Source: Candidatus Thorarchaeota archaeon (GTDB taxonomy: Archaea > Asgardarchaeota > Thorarchaeia > Thorarchaeales > Thorarchaeaceae). Taken from it: a stretch of 49,534 nt of DNA. Below are positions 19,191-28,172 of the stretch, one piece after another (within the stretch, counting starts at the first letter, position 1; each line of letters begins with the position of its first letter). Below the pieces are notes generated by a model. That model saw only the letters and a program-made list of their open reading frames with translations, was not told the origin of the DNA and ran no database searches. A program made the translations under genes and the position numbers. The stretch is taken from the NCBI GenBank assembly GCA_048882045.1, contig JBHLRZ010000025.1, positions 1-49,534 of the forward strand, given 5' to 3'.

Positions 19191-20162
19191 ATGGCTAGAT
19201 GTGCGTTTTGTGATGCAGATTTTCAAACTGGTCCCGGCGACCTTCTGCTTGTCTGTCCATACTGTGGAACCGCACAGACAACGGATGGTGCTAAGTTCAC
19301 TGATCACTACATGATACGTGTACATTTTGACCAATACGAAAGCCAGACAACACTACTCGACTGGGTTTCAAAACAACTTGGTGCTCCTGATGACTTGGCT
19401 GCAAAGGCAAAATTCCTCAAAGCTGAGCAGATCTGGTACCCGTTCTGGATTAGTCGTGTCGATGCCGATACGACATACCGAGGTCTTGGAAAGGATGCTC
19501 GTTTCCACAATGAGTGGCCTCAACGTAGAGGAGCCTACAAAAATATCGAGTATTTCTGGAAACCTGAGTCAGGTCGATTCACTCGAAGGCATGAGATTAA
19601 CATAGCCGCTGTAAAGGACATTGATTCTGATGTTCGTAATCATCCAATACCAACACGGGCAAAGGAGTTCTTCAGTCATGCACATGCAGAGGAGTTCGAT
19701 GGCAAGGTGCTCCACAGCAACATGACCATGGAACAGGCAAAAGGCATGGCTGAACAGATAGCGAAGGACAAACAGACAAATCTAGTACTTCAAGAGGTTG
19801 ATAAGATTGAGCAGAGGGAGGACAGGTTGGAGGTTGGAGAAACCTTTCTCATTCATGTGCCTGTCTGGGAACTTGAATATCGCTATGGAAACCGTAAATA
19901 CCTAGCCTCAGTGTCCGCTCCAACAGGATACGTGATTGAGAGCAAGTATCCACGGTCAATGGCATTCAGAGCAGCAGGAATAGGAGTCGGTCTTATTATG
20001 TTGCTTGCAGGCGCAGGTCTAATCGCAATTGCACTTGACCTCCTAGGTATTGGTCCAATCCTTCCTGGCGGTGGTCTGATTTCAGGCGGACTACTTCTAA
20101 TCATTGGTTTAGTCTTAATGTATAAGGGAGCTTCGCGCAAAGAAGCTAAAGAGGCTGTGTAG
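19191..20162 (+). CDS. Zinc-ribbon protein with two C-terminal TM helices (paralog 2)
   Basis: CAFC...CPYC, WYPFW, HVPVW, VSAPTGYV..KYP; starts 4 nt after paralog 1 with GGGGTGA RBS. Confidence 0.8.
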   Translation: MARCAFCDADFQTGPGDLLLVCPYCGTAQTTDGAKFTDHYMIRVHFDQYESQTTLLDWVSKQLGAPDDLAAKAKFLKAEQIWYPFWISRVDADTTYRGLGKDARFHNEWPQRRGAYKNIEYFWKPESGRFTRRHEINIAAVKDIDSDVRNHPIPTRAKEFFSHAHAEEFDGKVLHSNMTMEQAKGMAEQIAKDKQTNLVLQEVDKIEQREDRLEVGETFLIHVPVWELEYRYGNRKYLASVSAPTGYVIESKYPRSMAFRAAGIGVGLIMLLAGAGLIAIALDLLGIGPILPGGGLISGGLLLIIGLVLMYKGASRKEAKEAV

Positions 20163-20192
20163 GGAAACCTACACTCCCTTCCTTTTCTTTTT
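20157..20192 (+). terminator. GAAA-tetraloop hairpin plus U tract
   Basis: gtgtagg-gaaa-cctacac overlapping the stop codon, then tcccttccttttcttttt. Confidence 0.65.
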
Positions 20193-21355
20193 CAACCAAT
20201 TCTAGTAAGTGGTGAACTCTGCTCAACGGTTGTATAATACCCACTGAAGTTGTCCAACAATGGATCACTTTCTATCCAGATTGGCAAGCTTGGGGTTAGA
20301 ATAGATTCAAGAACCATGATTGCATTCTCTCGTGTGTCCAACTCTATTGAATTCGAGTCAAGTGCAGCATCTATGCCTGCTCTAACTATCCATGGCCCGA
20401 GAACGTTGTTCTTGTTGTTTCTTGCGAAATGAAATACCGTGATGTGTGACCTTTCTTGTTTTTTAACAAGATGCTGGTACGATGAGAATCTAGCATGGTC
20501 TCCATAGATTGCAGTCTTTGGATCTGTAGTAGCATTCTTCACCCGTTCATAGCTTGCTCCTCGTTCAAGTCCCTTCGGAGTTCTTTCTATACGAAAATAG
20601 TCTACTCGGGGTTCCCCTGGTTGAACAAGAACTGTGAAACTCTCATCTAGTAGTTCATTAGAGTATATTCTAAAGCTCGGAGGTACGGGTTTTTCATTAA
20701 GCTCAATTAGACTTCGGTTTATGTAACCATCAATTACAGCCTTGTACGCACCACGAGTCGGAACAAGTCTTCTACTGTCGATTCGTCCGAGAAGACCAAC
20801 TGACATTAGTCGCGCAACTTGATCCAAAGAGTAGTCATAATCTAGAAGCTTCCATGCTGACTCAGAAGATGGGATGTCAAGCTGAGTAATATTCTCAGCA
20901 ACCTTGCTAATTTCAGGTTCCGAAACTATCTCCACACTCTGTATATCAACAGATGGGCTCGCTGGGAGTTGGCCGCCAAGAGGTGAAAGTCCCCGAGGGG
21001 GTAGGCTGGCGGTTTCCACCTCGATGGCCACTGGACTGACAGAAAGGGCTATCGTCTGCAGGACTTCAACAAATTCCGAGGCTTCCATCACTCGGGCATT
21101 GATTGGGACTGTGAATCTATAGAGCTCACGTCTCATTGATAAAATGGTTTCACGGTTAAGACCACACCAAGATTCAGGATGGTCATATATTGAAAGGTAT
21201 TCTTGCGCATCAGTTGAGGCTAGTATACCCGCATTCATCATTGGATATTTAGCTGCCTCAACAGTAATTCCAGGTGGACTATATGCGGTCACGTGCCTAA
21301 GAGAGGTTGCGTGTCCAAGCTGCATCTGCGTCGTTCGAACGTGGCCAATTGCCAT
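20192..21355 (-). CDS. Divergent Nre-family (DUF650/DUF651) DNA repair protein
   Basis: SPPG..V...YP, D.PE.W, VGLLG..RRLVPTR, LG.W.VR motifs; start ATG 21355 after GGGGGT (ORF track extends to GTG 21421). Confidence 0.75.
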   Translation of the reverse strand: MAIGHVRTTQMQLGHATSLRHVTAYSPPGITVEAAKYPMMNAGILASTDAQEYLSIYDHPESWCGLNRETILSMRRELYRFTVPINARVMEASEFVEVLQTIALSVSPVAIEVETASLPPRGLSPLGGQLPASPSVDIQSVEIVSEPEISKVAENITQLDIPSSESAWKLLDYDYSLDQVARLMSVGLLGRIDSRRLVPTRGAYKAVIDGYINRSLIELNEKPVPPSFRIYSNELLDESFTVLVQPGEPRVDYFRIERTPKGLERGASYERVKNATTDPKTAIYGDHARFSSYQHLVKKQERSHITVFHFARNNKNNVLGPWIVRAGIDAALDSNSIELDTRENAIMVLESILTPSLPIWIESDPLLDNFSGYYTTVEQSSPLTRIG

Positions 21356-21538
21356 TGCCGTACCCCCGAATAAGGTGGACCCATGTTTAATTGGGCAACA
21401 TCTGCTATGTTGCTTTTCCACGATTCTTTACCTTTCGAACAGATTATGAGACAGGTGAGAGAGATAGCTGAAAGTATTCTTTCCTCGAAAGACATATAGT
21501 ATAACGAGTTAGGCGTTTGACAGCAACGGTGGGAGATC

Positions 21539-23140
21539 TTGAACGAAACCCCTAGTGACCATGACGAGCACGCGGCTCAACCAATAGTTACTCGGATAAA
21601 GGAATGGATTCTCACAAACCCAAATCCAGTCATTCTCTTCGTTACTGCATCGATTGCGACTATTGTTTCATGCGCATTCTATATCGAAATGATGCTTGGA
21701 CTTGGCAATCCTGGTTTCACTTTGGATGACTCTTGGATTCATCTACAGTTTGCGCGAACAATATTCGAAGGGACGCCGTGGGAATACTCACCAGGATATC
21801 CAAGCACAGGATCCACCAGTCCTCTCTGGTCGTTGATTCTGTCACCGATATTCTTCTTCGTTCAGGACACAATTTCAGTCATCTGGGGTGTATTTCTAAT
21901 TTCAATAATCTTCTTTATCGCTTGTTCGTACTTGTTGGGTTATATCATCTATTCCTACACAGAACAAGTCGTCTGGGGAGTCGTTGGGATTTTTGGCTTT
22001 GTCATTCTTCCCCGAAACACATGGCTCATGCTTTCGGGGATGGAAACCCCTCTCTTTATGCTAGTTCTCTTACTCGCAGTTTATTTCCTGGACCGAGAGG
22101 ACAAAAAGGCAGACTATATGCTTGGAGTCATAGCAGGTATAGCTTACCTCTCTCGACCTGAAGGAGTACTTGTTGCAGTTGTCCTTATTCCTCTACGATT
22201 CATGATGCTGGGATACAAACGTCAGATTGACCGCAATAGAGTTCTTTCACTCATTGTATCTGGAGTTATCGCTCTTGTGATTGTTACACCGTGGATTTTT
22301 CACTGCCTGAGTGTAACTGGCTACCCCCTTCCCGACACATTCTATGCAAAGGTACATACTCCCACACCCAGTGAGTGGGAAGCTTGGGATATCTGGTGGA
22401 ATATCTTCATCATTGAGATGAACTTCCTATTATTCGGATTCGCCGCTGGTGCATACCTGATCATAAGAGGCAAACCATTCCCTTGGATTCTAGCTTTGGC
22501 ATTGACCATCCTATATCGTTTATCTACTCCCTATGCCTCTCTTATCAATAATGCTCGATATCTCGTACCCATCTTTGATCTGTTTCTTATAGCTGGTATT
22601 GTATTTTCAGCCTGGCTAGTCAGTTTTTTCTTAGTTCGGATTTTGAAACTACAAGACATCCCAGAAACAAAATATCTTGCAGCAATACTTGTGCTCTTGG
22701 TCTTTGTATTGCCCATGATTCCATCCTATGTTTCTCAGTCTACATATTTCACAAAGTCAGTCCGAACAATAAACGACATGCATGTCGAAATAGGAACTTG
22801 GTTGGCTGGAAACACTCCTGAAGATGCAATCTTTGCAACGCATGATGCTGGTGCAATCCGTTACATATCAGGTAGGAGAATGATTGACATAGCTGGTCTC
22901 CTGAGTCCTGACATTATTCATGGCAATATGACAGCTCATGAAACCCTGAGCTACTTGCGACAGCAAGGATGCAATTACTTTGTTTTCTTTAATGAGCTAT
23001 TTGCATGGTGGGATTATCATCTCCCTTGGAATGCGGTTGAGACTTTGTATACCGTCCACATTCCACCTGAAATCTATGCCAGTGCAGGGAGAGATACCAT
23101 GTCGGTGTATCGAATATACTGGGAAAACACAAGCTACTGA
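21539..23140 (+). CDS. GT-C fold integral membrane glycosyltransferase
   Basis: DDSWIH in the first loop, G.TSPLW, SGMETPL, RPEG, DAGAI.Y, ID..GL; about 11 TM. Confidence 0.85.
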   Translation: MNETPSDHDEHAAQPIVTRIKEWILTNPNPVILFVTASIATIVSCAFYIEMMLGLGNPGFTLDDSWIHLQFARTIFEGTPWEYSPGYPSTGSTSPLWSLILSPIFFFVQDTISVIWGVFLISIIFFIACSYLLGYIIYSYTEQVVWGVVGIFGFVILPRNTWLMLSGMETPLFMLVLLLAVYFLDREDKKADYMLGVIAGIAYLSRPEGVLVAVVLIPLRFMMLGYKRQIDRNRVLSLIVSGVIALVIVTPWIFHCLSVTGYPLPDTFYAKVHTPTPSEWEAWDIWWNIFIIEMNFLLFGFAAGAYLIIRGKPFPWILALALTILYRLSTPYASLINNARYLVPIFDLFLIAGIVFSAWLVSFFLVRILKLQDIPETKYLAAILVLLVFVLPMIPSYVSQSTYFTKSVRTINDMHVEIGTWLAGNTPEDAIFATHDAGAIRYISGRRMIDIAGLLSPDIIHGNMTAHETLSYLRQQGCNYFVFFNELFAWWDYHLPWNAVETLYTVHIPPEIYASAGRDTMSVYRIYWENTSY

Positions 23141-24339
23141 CTTAGGGATTCCCGAACTGCTGATACTAGTTTCTCATAGAGTTCCTCATACTCAGCAACA
23201 TCTACAAAACCACCAGTGAAGTTGTCCTTGCTGCCTCCTCCCTTTCCGCCATACTTCTTCACTGCAGCAGAGATATAGTACGCTGCGTCGTGAGTTGTAT
23301 TGTTCGTTCGAAAGACGACGTGAGCCTTTGGACCCGGGGAAAATAATAGTATGACAGACCGCTCCTCGAATGAAAGTCTGTTTGCTAGATTCCTTAGGTC
23401 TTTCGAACCAAATCCAGGCAGGTATTCATGTCTGAAAGCAATACCTCCGATCATCTCTACACTTACTCCTGATGAAATGAGTTTTCCAATTCTATCTATC
23501 AACTTGGATGTATCATCAATAGCAGCTTTGGCTCCATCAAGAATAGCTCCTACCTGCTCCATCTCAAATGGATAGGTGTGTTTCCTTAGGAGGACTTGAT
23601 TGTATAGATTCCGCGTCAGGGTGATAGCTTTCTCTCCAGATACGAATTCGACTCTGGTGTTTCCATTACTATACTTTACATCAACCACCTTGAAGTACCC
23701 AATGTACTCGGTTGACTCCACATGGATTCCTGAACAAGCTGAGCTGTCAAGGTCACCTACGTTGACAATCCGTAGCATATCGTGTTTTGATGTGAGGTCT
23801 TCCCGAGCTCTAACTGATGAATCGATCTTCTCTGCATCGACAAAATCTGTTTTCACAGGAATCGACATATCAACTAGCACCTGAACTCCTTCCTCAGCTT
23901 CAAAGATATCATCAAACGATGCATGAACGTTACACAGTTCTAGAGTTCCATGATCTCCATCAATCCAAAGGTTTCCAACTTTAAGATCTGGATATGTTTT
24001 CTTTATGATGGATACAAAGAGATGTTCAGATGTGTGGTTTTGCATCATGGCCATTCGCCAATCCATATTGATTTCAAGAACCGCCTTACTCTGTTTTGGA
24101 AGCGAGTCATCAGCTATCAATGTGATACGATCCGAATCCATGATTGTATCCTGAATTGTGACCACTTTGTTTTCAATTCTAAGGAGACCCCGGTCACCTG
24201 CCTGTCCACCCCCTGCAGGTCTAACGACATTCTCCCTGAGCGTGATATAGTACGCATCTTCGTCTTTTTTGACATCATCAATGAAGACCTTGAATGAATC
24301 CCGTGTTGGGTCAGTCCAATAAGGTGGTCGCTCGTCCAT
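23134..24339 (-). CDS. alaX: AlaX-type alanyl-tRNA editing protein with C-Ala/DHHA1 domain
   Basis: PAGGGQAGDRG, MQNHTSEH, CSGIH zinc ligands, C-terminal GGKGGG. Confidence 0.88.
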   Translation of the reverse strand: MDERPPYWTDPTRDSFKVFIDDVKKDEDAYYITLRENVVRPAGGGQAGDRGLLRIENKVVTIQDTIMDSDRITLIADDSLPKQSKAVLEINMDWRMAMMQNHTSEHLFVSIIKKTYPDLKVGNLWIDGDHGTLELCNVHASFDDIFEAEEGVQVLVDMSIPVKTDFVDAEKIDSSVRAREDLTSKHDMLRIVNVGDLDSSACSGIHVESTEYIGYFKVVDVKYSNGNTRVEFVSGEKAITLTRNLYNQVLLRKHTYPFEMEQVGAILDGAKAAIDDTSKLIDRIGKLISSGVSVEMIGGIAFRHEYLPGFGSKDLRNLANRLSFEERSVILLFSPGPKAHVVFRTNNTTHDAAYYISAAVKKYGGKGGGSKDNFTGGFVDVAEYEELYEKLVSAVRESLSQ

Positions 24340-24457
24340 ACAATGTCACCTCTATCATTTGACCGATCATCTCTCTGTCAAAACTGTTTCCACCTGTTGG
24401 CCGAAACCGATATAGCGGATAAGTAGTTCCAAGAGGCTAGAATAGAGGCTTTATGAA

Positions 24458-25708
24458 ATGTTCAAGTTCATGAAATCCGATCCTGTAAAAAAGGCAAAGA
24501 AGCACATCGAGAAGGCACTCATAGAGCTTGAGGATGGATATCCTGAGTATGCCAGTATTGAATATGAGAAAGCCGCAAAACGCTTTCTTGAGGTTGAGCA
24601 GACTGATTTTGCTGTCAAATACTTCCGAGAAGCAGCATTCTATGCTCTCGAGAAAGGTGATCATTATCGATGTGCTGAGATGAAAATACTGGCTGCTGAG
24701 AGTTTGGTCAGTGAAGGTAGGTATGATGAAGCCGGAGGTCTCTATTCTGAGTGCTCTGATCATCTATTTAGGGAAAAGAAGGAAAGGGAATCAAACAGAT
24801 ATTTGGGGATTTCAATCATTGGATACCTAGCTGCGCGGAATTTCGATACCGCCACTAATATCATGCGAAAAGCTGAGAAACGATTGAAGGATACCCCATC
24901 CAAGAGGGATCCACTGTATTCACTGGCTGAGATGAGTGTAAGAATTCTCTGTGAAGGCGAAGACATCAAAAAGAACACATATGAGAATGCTGCAAAGAAA
25001 GCGAAACCAAATGAGTGTGAACAACCACTTGTCAAGTTTGTAACTGAATCGACCTGCCTAGCCATTGACACCGAAGTAATTCTTGAATGGGCTGGAGCAT
25101 CTCAGAAAGAGGTTAATGTGAAAGAACCACTCGAACTTGAATTACGTTACAAATGTCCTGCGAAAGTAAGAATCGTTGACCATCGGCTTCCTCTTTCAAA
25201 CAGTGTGATACTTACAAAGAAACCTGAATATTCCTCTGAACCAGCCACCGAAGAATCTTGGTTGTTAGAGTTTAAACCAGTGATTAGTGGACTAGGATCA
25301 ATTGGTCCCTTCACTGTAACGTTGGAGGGCGACCGAGTCCTTGTGAACAAACATAGCAATAAGATTGAATTCAATATTGCCAAAGCTCCATCACAGATTG
25401 CTCTAATTGTCAAACCAGAAGTGGTTTCCTGCACACTAGGAGAAGAAGCTGTACTCGAAGTGACAGTTCTGAACGAAGGTGATGGTCCAGCAGAGAACAT
25501 CGAATTTTCAACGGAACTCTCAGATGGACTAGAAATCTCTCTTGGAAATGAACAGAAGCTGATAAACTTCCTTGGCAGTGGAGAGAATGTAAGATTCCAG
25601 TTATTTGTACGGGCAGTCGGTCAAGGAGAAGAACTCGCAACGATGAAGGTTAGAGATGGCCGCTCTGGACAAGAAGTTGTAAAAACATCCATGGTCAGAG
25701 TAGGATAG
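24458..25708 (+). CDS. SNAP/TPR-like alpha-solenoid fused to two Ig-like (CARDB-type) domains
   Basis: About 200 N-terminal residues of A...Y/F..AA helical repeats; beta-rich C-terminal half with V.NEGDGPA.N motif; no signal peptide or TM. Confidence 0.75.
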   Translation: MFKFMKSDPVKKAKKHIEKALIELEDGYPEYASIEYEKAAKRFLEVEQTDFAVKYFREAAFYALEKGDHYRCAEMKILAAESLVSEGRYDEAGGLYSECSDHLFREKKERESNRYLGISIIGYLAARNFDTATNIMRKAEKRLKDTPSKRDPLYSLAEMSVRILCEGEDIKKNTYENAAKKAKPNECEQPLVKFVTESTCLAIDTEVILEWAGASQKEVNVKEPLELELRYKCPAKVRIVDHRLPLSNSVILTKKPEYSSEPATEESWLLEFKPVISGLGSIGPFTVTLEGDRVLVNKHSNKIEFNIAKAPSQIALIVKPEVVSCTLGEEAVLEVTVLNEGDGPAENIEFSTELSDGLEISLGNEQKLINFLGSGENVRFQLFVRAVGQGEELATMKVRDGRSGQEVVKTSMVRVG

Positions 25709-25725
25709 CAATCTTTCCTGAATGA

Positions 25726-26460
25726 CTAGCTCCTTCGCTTTTCCTTCTCAATCTCAGCTCGGATGTTCAAACAGGCTGTCATCACTTGTTCAATAGCCTC
25801 CTCTTCCTCGAAGGTCTTCAGCATATCATCAGCATCATCAAGGTTGTTTTCAGCCAGAGCCTCGCTGAATGAGAGCAAGGTTTCGAGCCAGTCCCAGTTT
25901 GTTTTGGTGATGATCTTCTTTGCCTTCTCTATCCGTTCCTTTGCCTTCTCCATCTTTTCAATGGTGGCAAATCCCATAGCTGCAAGTGAGAGGTTGATAA
26001 CTGCCCTCTCTGCATTACCTGCATCGACTGCTTTGTCCGCTGCCTTGTCATAGAGGTTTCCCATATTCTCGGCGCAGGTCAAGAAGTACTTGGTGTTACC
26101 AGTCTTGTGACAAGAATATGCTGCCCACAGATAGGCTTGAGCAGCAGTTTCGGTCATTCTTTCTAGAAGTGCTTCCTTTGCCGCATTCTCATAGAGTGTC
26201 AAGGCGGTTGAAAAATCACTTACCTGTCTGTATTGACTAGCTGCCTCCATATAGGCTGTTGCGGCAGATCTGTGGTCATCCTTCTCTACACTCTCTTCTG
26301 CATACATGTGATAGTACTCAGCGGCTTTTCGTGTCATATCTAGAACTCGGTCGAGATAGCAACTGGCAGCATTCTTGAACTGGTTGGCTGCTTGGTAGTA
26401 TCTCTCTGCCTCGAGAAACTCTTCTGCAATCCTTTCCCACTGTGTGCATTCATCATCCAT
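25726..26460 (-). CDS. alpha-SNAP/Sec17-like helical repeat protein
   Basis: [34 protein letters not shown] repeats; C-terminal [14 protein letters not shown]..; ATG 26460 after GAGGT. Confidence 0.7.
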   Translation of the reverse strand: [244 protein letters not shown]

Positions 26461-26706
26461 TGCTACTTGACCTCGAGAATTGTTTGATACAGAGCCTTCT
26501 CTCACTCTGTAAGGCTGTTTCTAGGGTGTGTGTGCTGTACAAATATGTTGCTCTGATGTGTTGGTCTCGATTTATCGAAGAAGAGAAGTCTGTTCGCGAG
26601 ATGATGATATAAAAATCAACTTTCTGGGTTATTGAGCCATCGCACAGAGGATTTTTATACGAAATACGTAATCTGTAATATAGCTTATATTCGTGTATGG
26701 GTATCG

Positions 26707-26805
26707 AAAAGGAGGAGAGAGTGATGAGGCAGTTTCGGAAGCTGGCTCTGCCCGTCACTAACCGGATAAGCTGACCAAGTCGGGAACATACGTTCCCGAC
26801 ACTCT
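26707..26805. other. Structured intergenic element (two or more hairpins) directly after the HMG-CoA reductase stop; terminator, 3'UTR structure or sRNA
   Basis: gtcgggaac/gttcccgac (26779-26800); agtgatgaggcag/ctgcccgtcact (26720-26759); pyrimidine tract follows on the minus strand. Confidence 0.55.
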
Positions 26806-28071
26806 TTACTTACCGAGTTCATCCAGTATATCTTTAGCGCGCTCGACTTTGACGTTTTTCTCCTTAACCAATTGTTCGGCGACTAGGTCTACCTCCTCAC
26901 CTCGAGCACCTGCAGTAGCAGCAACATTTCGTGCATGGAGTGCCATGTGACCTTTCTGAATGCCTTCTGATGCGAGCGCTCTGAGGGCTGCTAGGTTCTG
27001 CGCTAGTCCAACACTGGCGATGACATGACCAAGCTCCGTTGCTGTTTCCACACCAAGTATTTTGACACAGGCTCTGGCTACTGGATGAACTTTGGTCGCT
27101 CCTCCTACAAGACCTACTGCCATCGGGATCTCTATACTTCCGAGTAGGTGCCCCTCAGCTGATTTCTCATACTTAGTGAGTGAGCTGTATCCATCCATAG
27201 CTGCCCAGCTATGGGCACCAGCCTCGATGGCTCTGAAATCATTCCCTGTAGCGATGACAACTGAGTCGATACCGTTCATGATGCCCTTGTTGTGAGTGGA
27301 ACACCGATATGGATCTGCCTCTGCAAACGCCCATGCTGCAATGATATCATTGACAACCTCTTCTCCGCCCAATAACTCCTTGTCAAATGTAGCCTTTACT
27401 CGAACAAGTCTGAACTCTGCGAGGTTTGATAGAATCCTTAGGATTACTCTTCCTCCTGTTATGGATTCGATTCTTGGAGCCAAAGCTTCAGCCATTGTGT
27501 TGACTGCATTCGCTCCCATAGCATCTCTTGTATCGACAATGAGCTCGGTCACAAGCATCACCCCAACCTTAGAGTCAAAGATACGGACTCTGAGGTCTTT
27601 CGCACCTCCTCCGAATCGTACTAGAATCGGATCCTGTTCATTAGCAAAAGCAAGTAGCTCTTCTTTCCTCTCCATTATCTTGTTTTTCGCCTCATCAGGA
27701 TTCAAGACATCAACGACCTGTATCTGAGCGATCATGTTCGGACCTGTGTCTGTCGCTGTGAATCCTCCATGCCCTCTTGCCATTCTAGCTGCATTGCTTG
27801 CTGCAGCAACAACTGATGGTTCCTCAATAGCCATTGGGATAAGGTAATCTTTCTCGTTAATCAAGAAGTTGGTAGCGATTCCAAGTGGAAGAGTCATGGA
27901 CCCGACTACATTCTCGATCATATGGTCCAATACACCTAGATCAACTTTTCCAGGGTCAATCAACGGACTTAAGTCATCATCACTGAGACCTGTTACTTCT
28001 TTCAACTTCTTGATTCTGTCCTCTCTAGAGAGTTTATAGAATCCTGTTATCCTTGAATCTTTAACCATCAT
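26806..28071 (-). CDS. mvaA: Hydroxymethylglutaryl-CoA reductase, class II
   Basis: ENVVG, EEPSVVAAAS, DAMGANAVN, THNKGIMNG, GNDFRAIEAG, GHMALH. Confidence 0.95.
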   Translation of the reverse strand: MMVKDSRITGFYKLSREDRIKKLKEVTGLSDDDLSPLIDPGKVDLGVLDHMIENVVGSMTLPLGIATNFLINEKDYLIPMAIEEPSVVAAASNAARMARGHGGFTATDTGPNMIAQIQVVDVLNPDEAKNKIMERKEELLAFANEQDPILVRFGGGAKDLRVRIFDSKVGVMLVTELIVDTRDAMGANAVNTMAEALAPRIESITGGRVILRILSNLAEFRLVRVKATFDKELLGGEEVVNDIIAAWAFAEADPYRCSTHNKGIMNGIDSVVIATGNDFRAIEAGAHSWAAMDGYSSLTKYEKSAEGHLLGSIEIPMAVGLVGGATKVHPVARACVKILGVETATELGHVIASVGLAQNLAALRALASEGIQKGHMALHARNVAATAGARGEEVDLVAEQLVKEKNVKVERAKDILDELGK

Positions 28072-28172
28072 ACCAACCTCACAGCGTTATAACACCAAAT
28101 TGGGTATTCCATAAAAGTTCGACCATAGGGTTTAAGATGACAACAGCAGAGGATGCTGAGTAGTTGAGGACT

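Noticed and set aside
21289-21495. Frameshifted Nre zinc finger in the overlapping 68-aa ORF (TCLIICSKGK)
   Set aside because: Cys spacing is CxxxC rather than CxxC, there is no slippery site, and a good RBS precedes ATG 21355.
26720-26759. SECIS element
   Set aside because: No opposing GA for the tandem G-A core, and no in-frame TGA in the neighbouring genes.
26707-26805. tRNA (cloverleaf-like fold)
   Set aside because: No T-loop (TTCRA) or D-loop consensus, and arm lengths do not fit a tRNA.
26806-28071. Bacterial-type class II HMG-CoA reductase as a novelty
   Set aside because: Already known in several archaeal lineages, such as Archaeoglobus and Thermoplasmatales.
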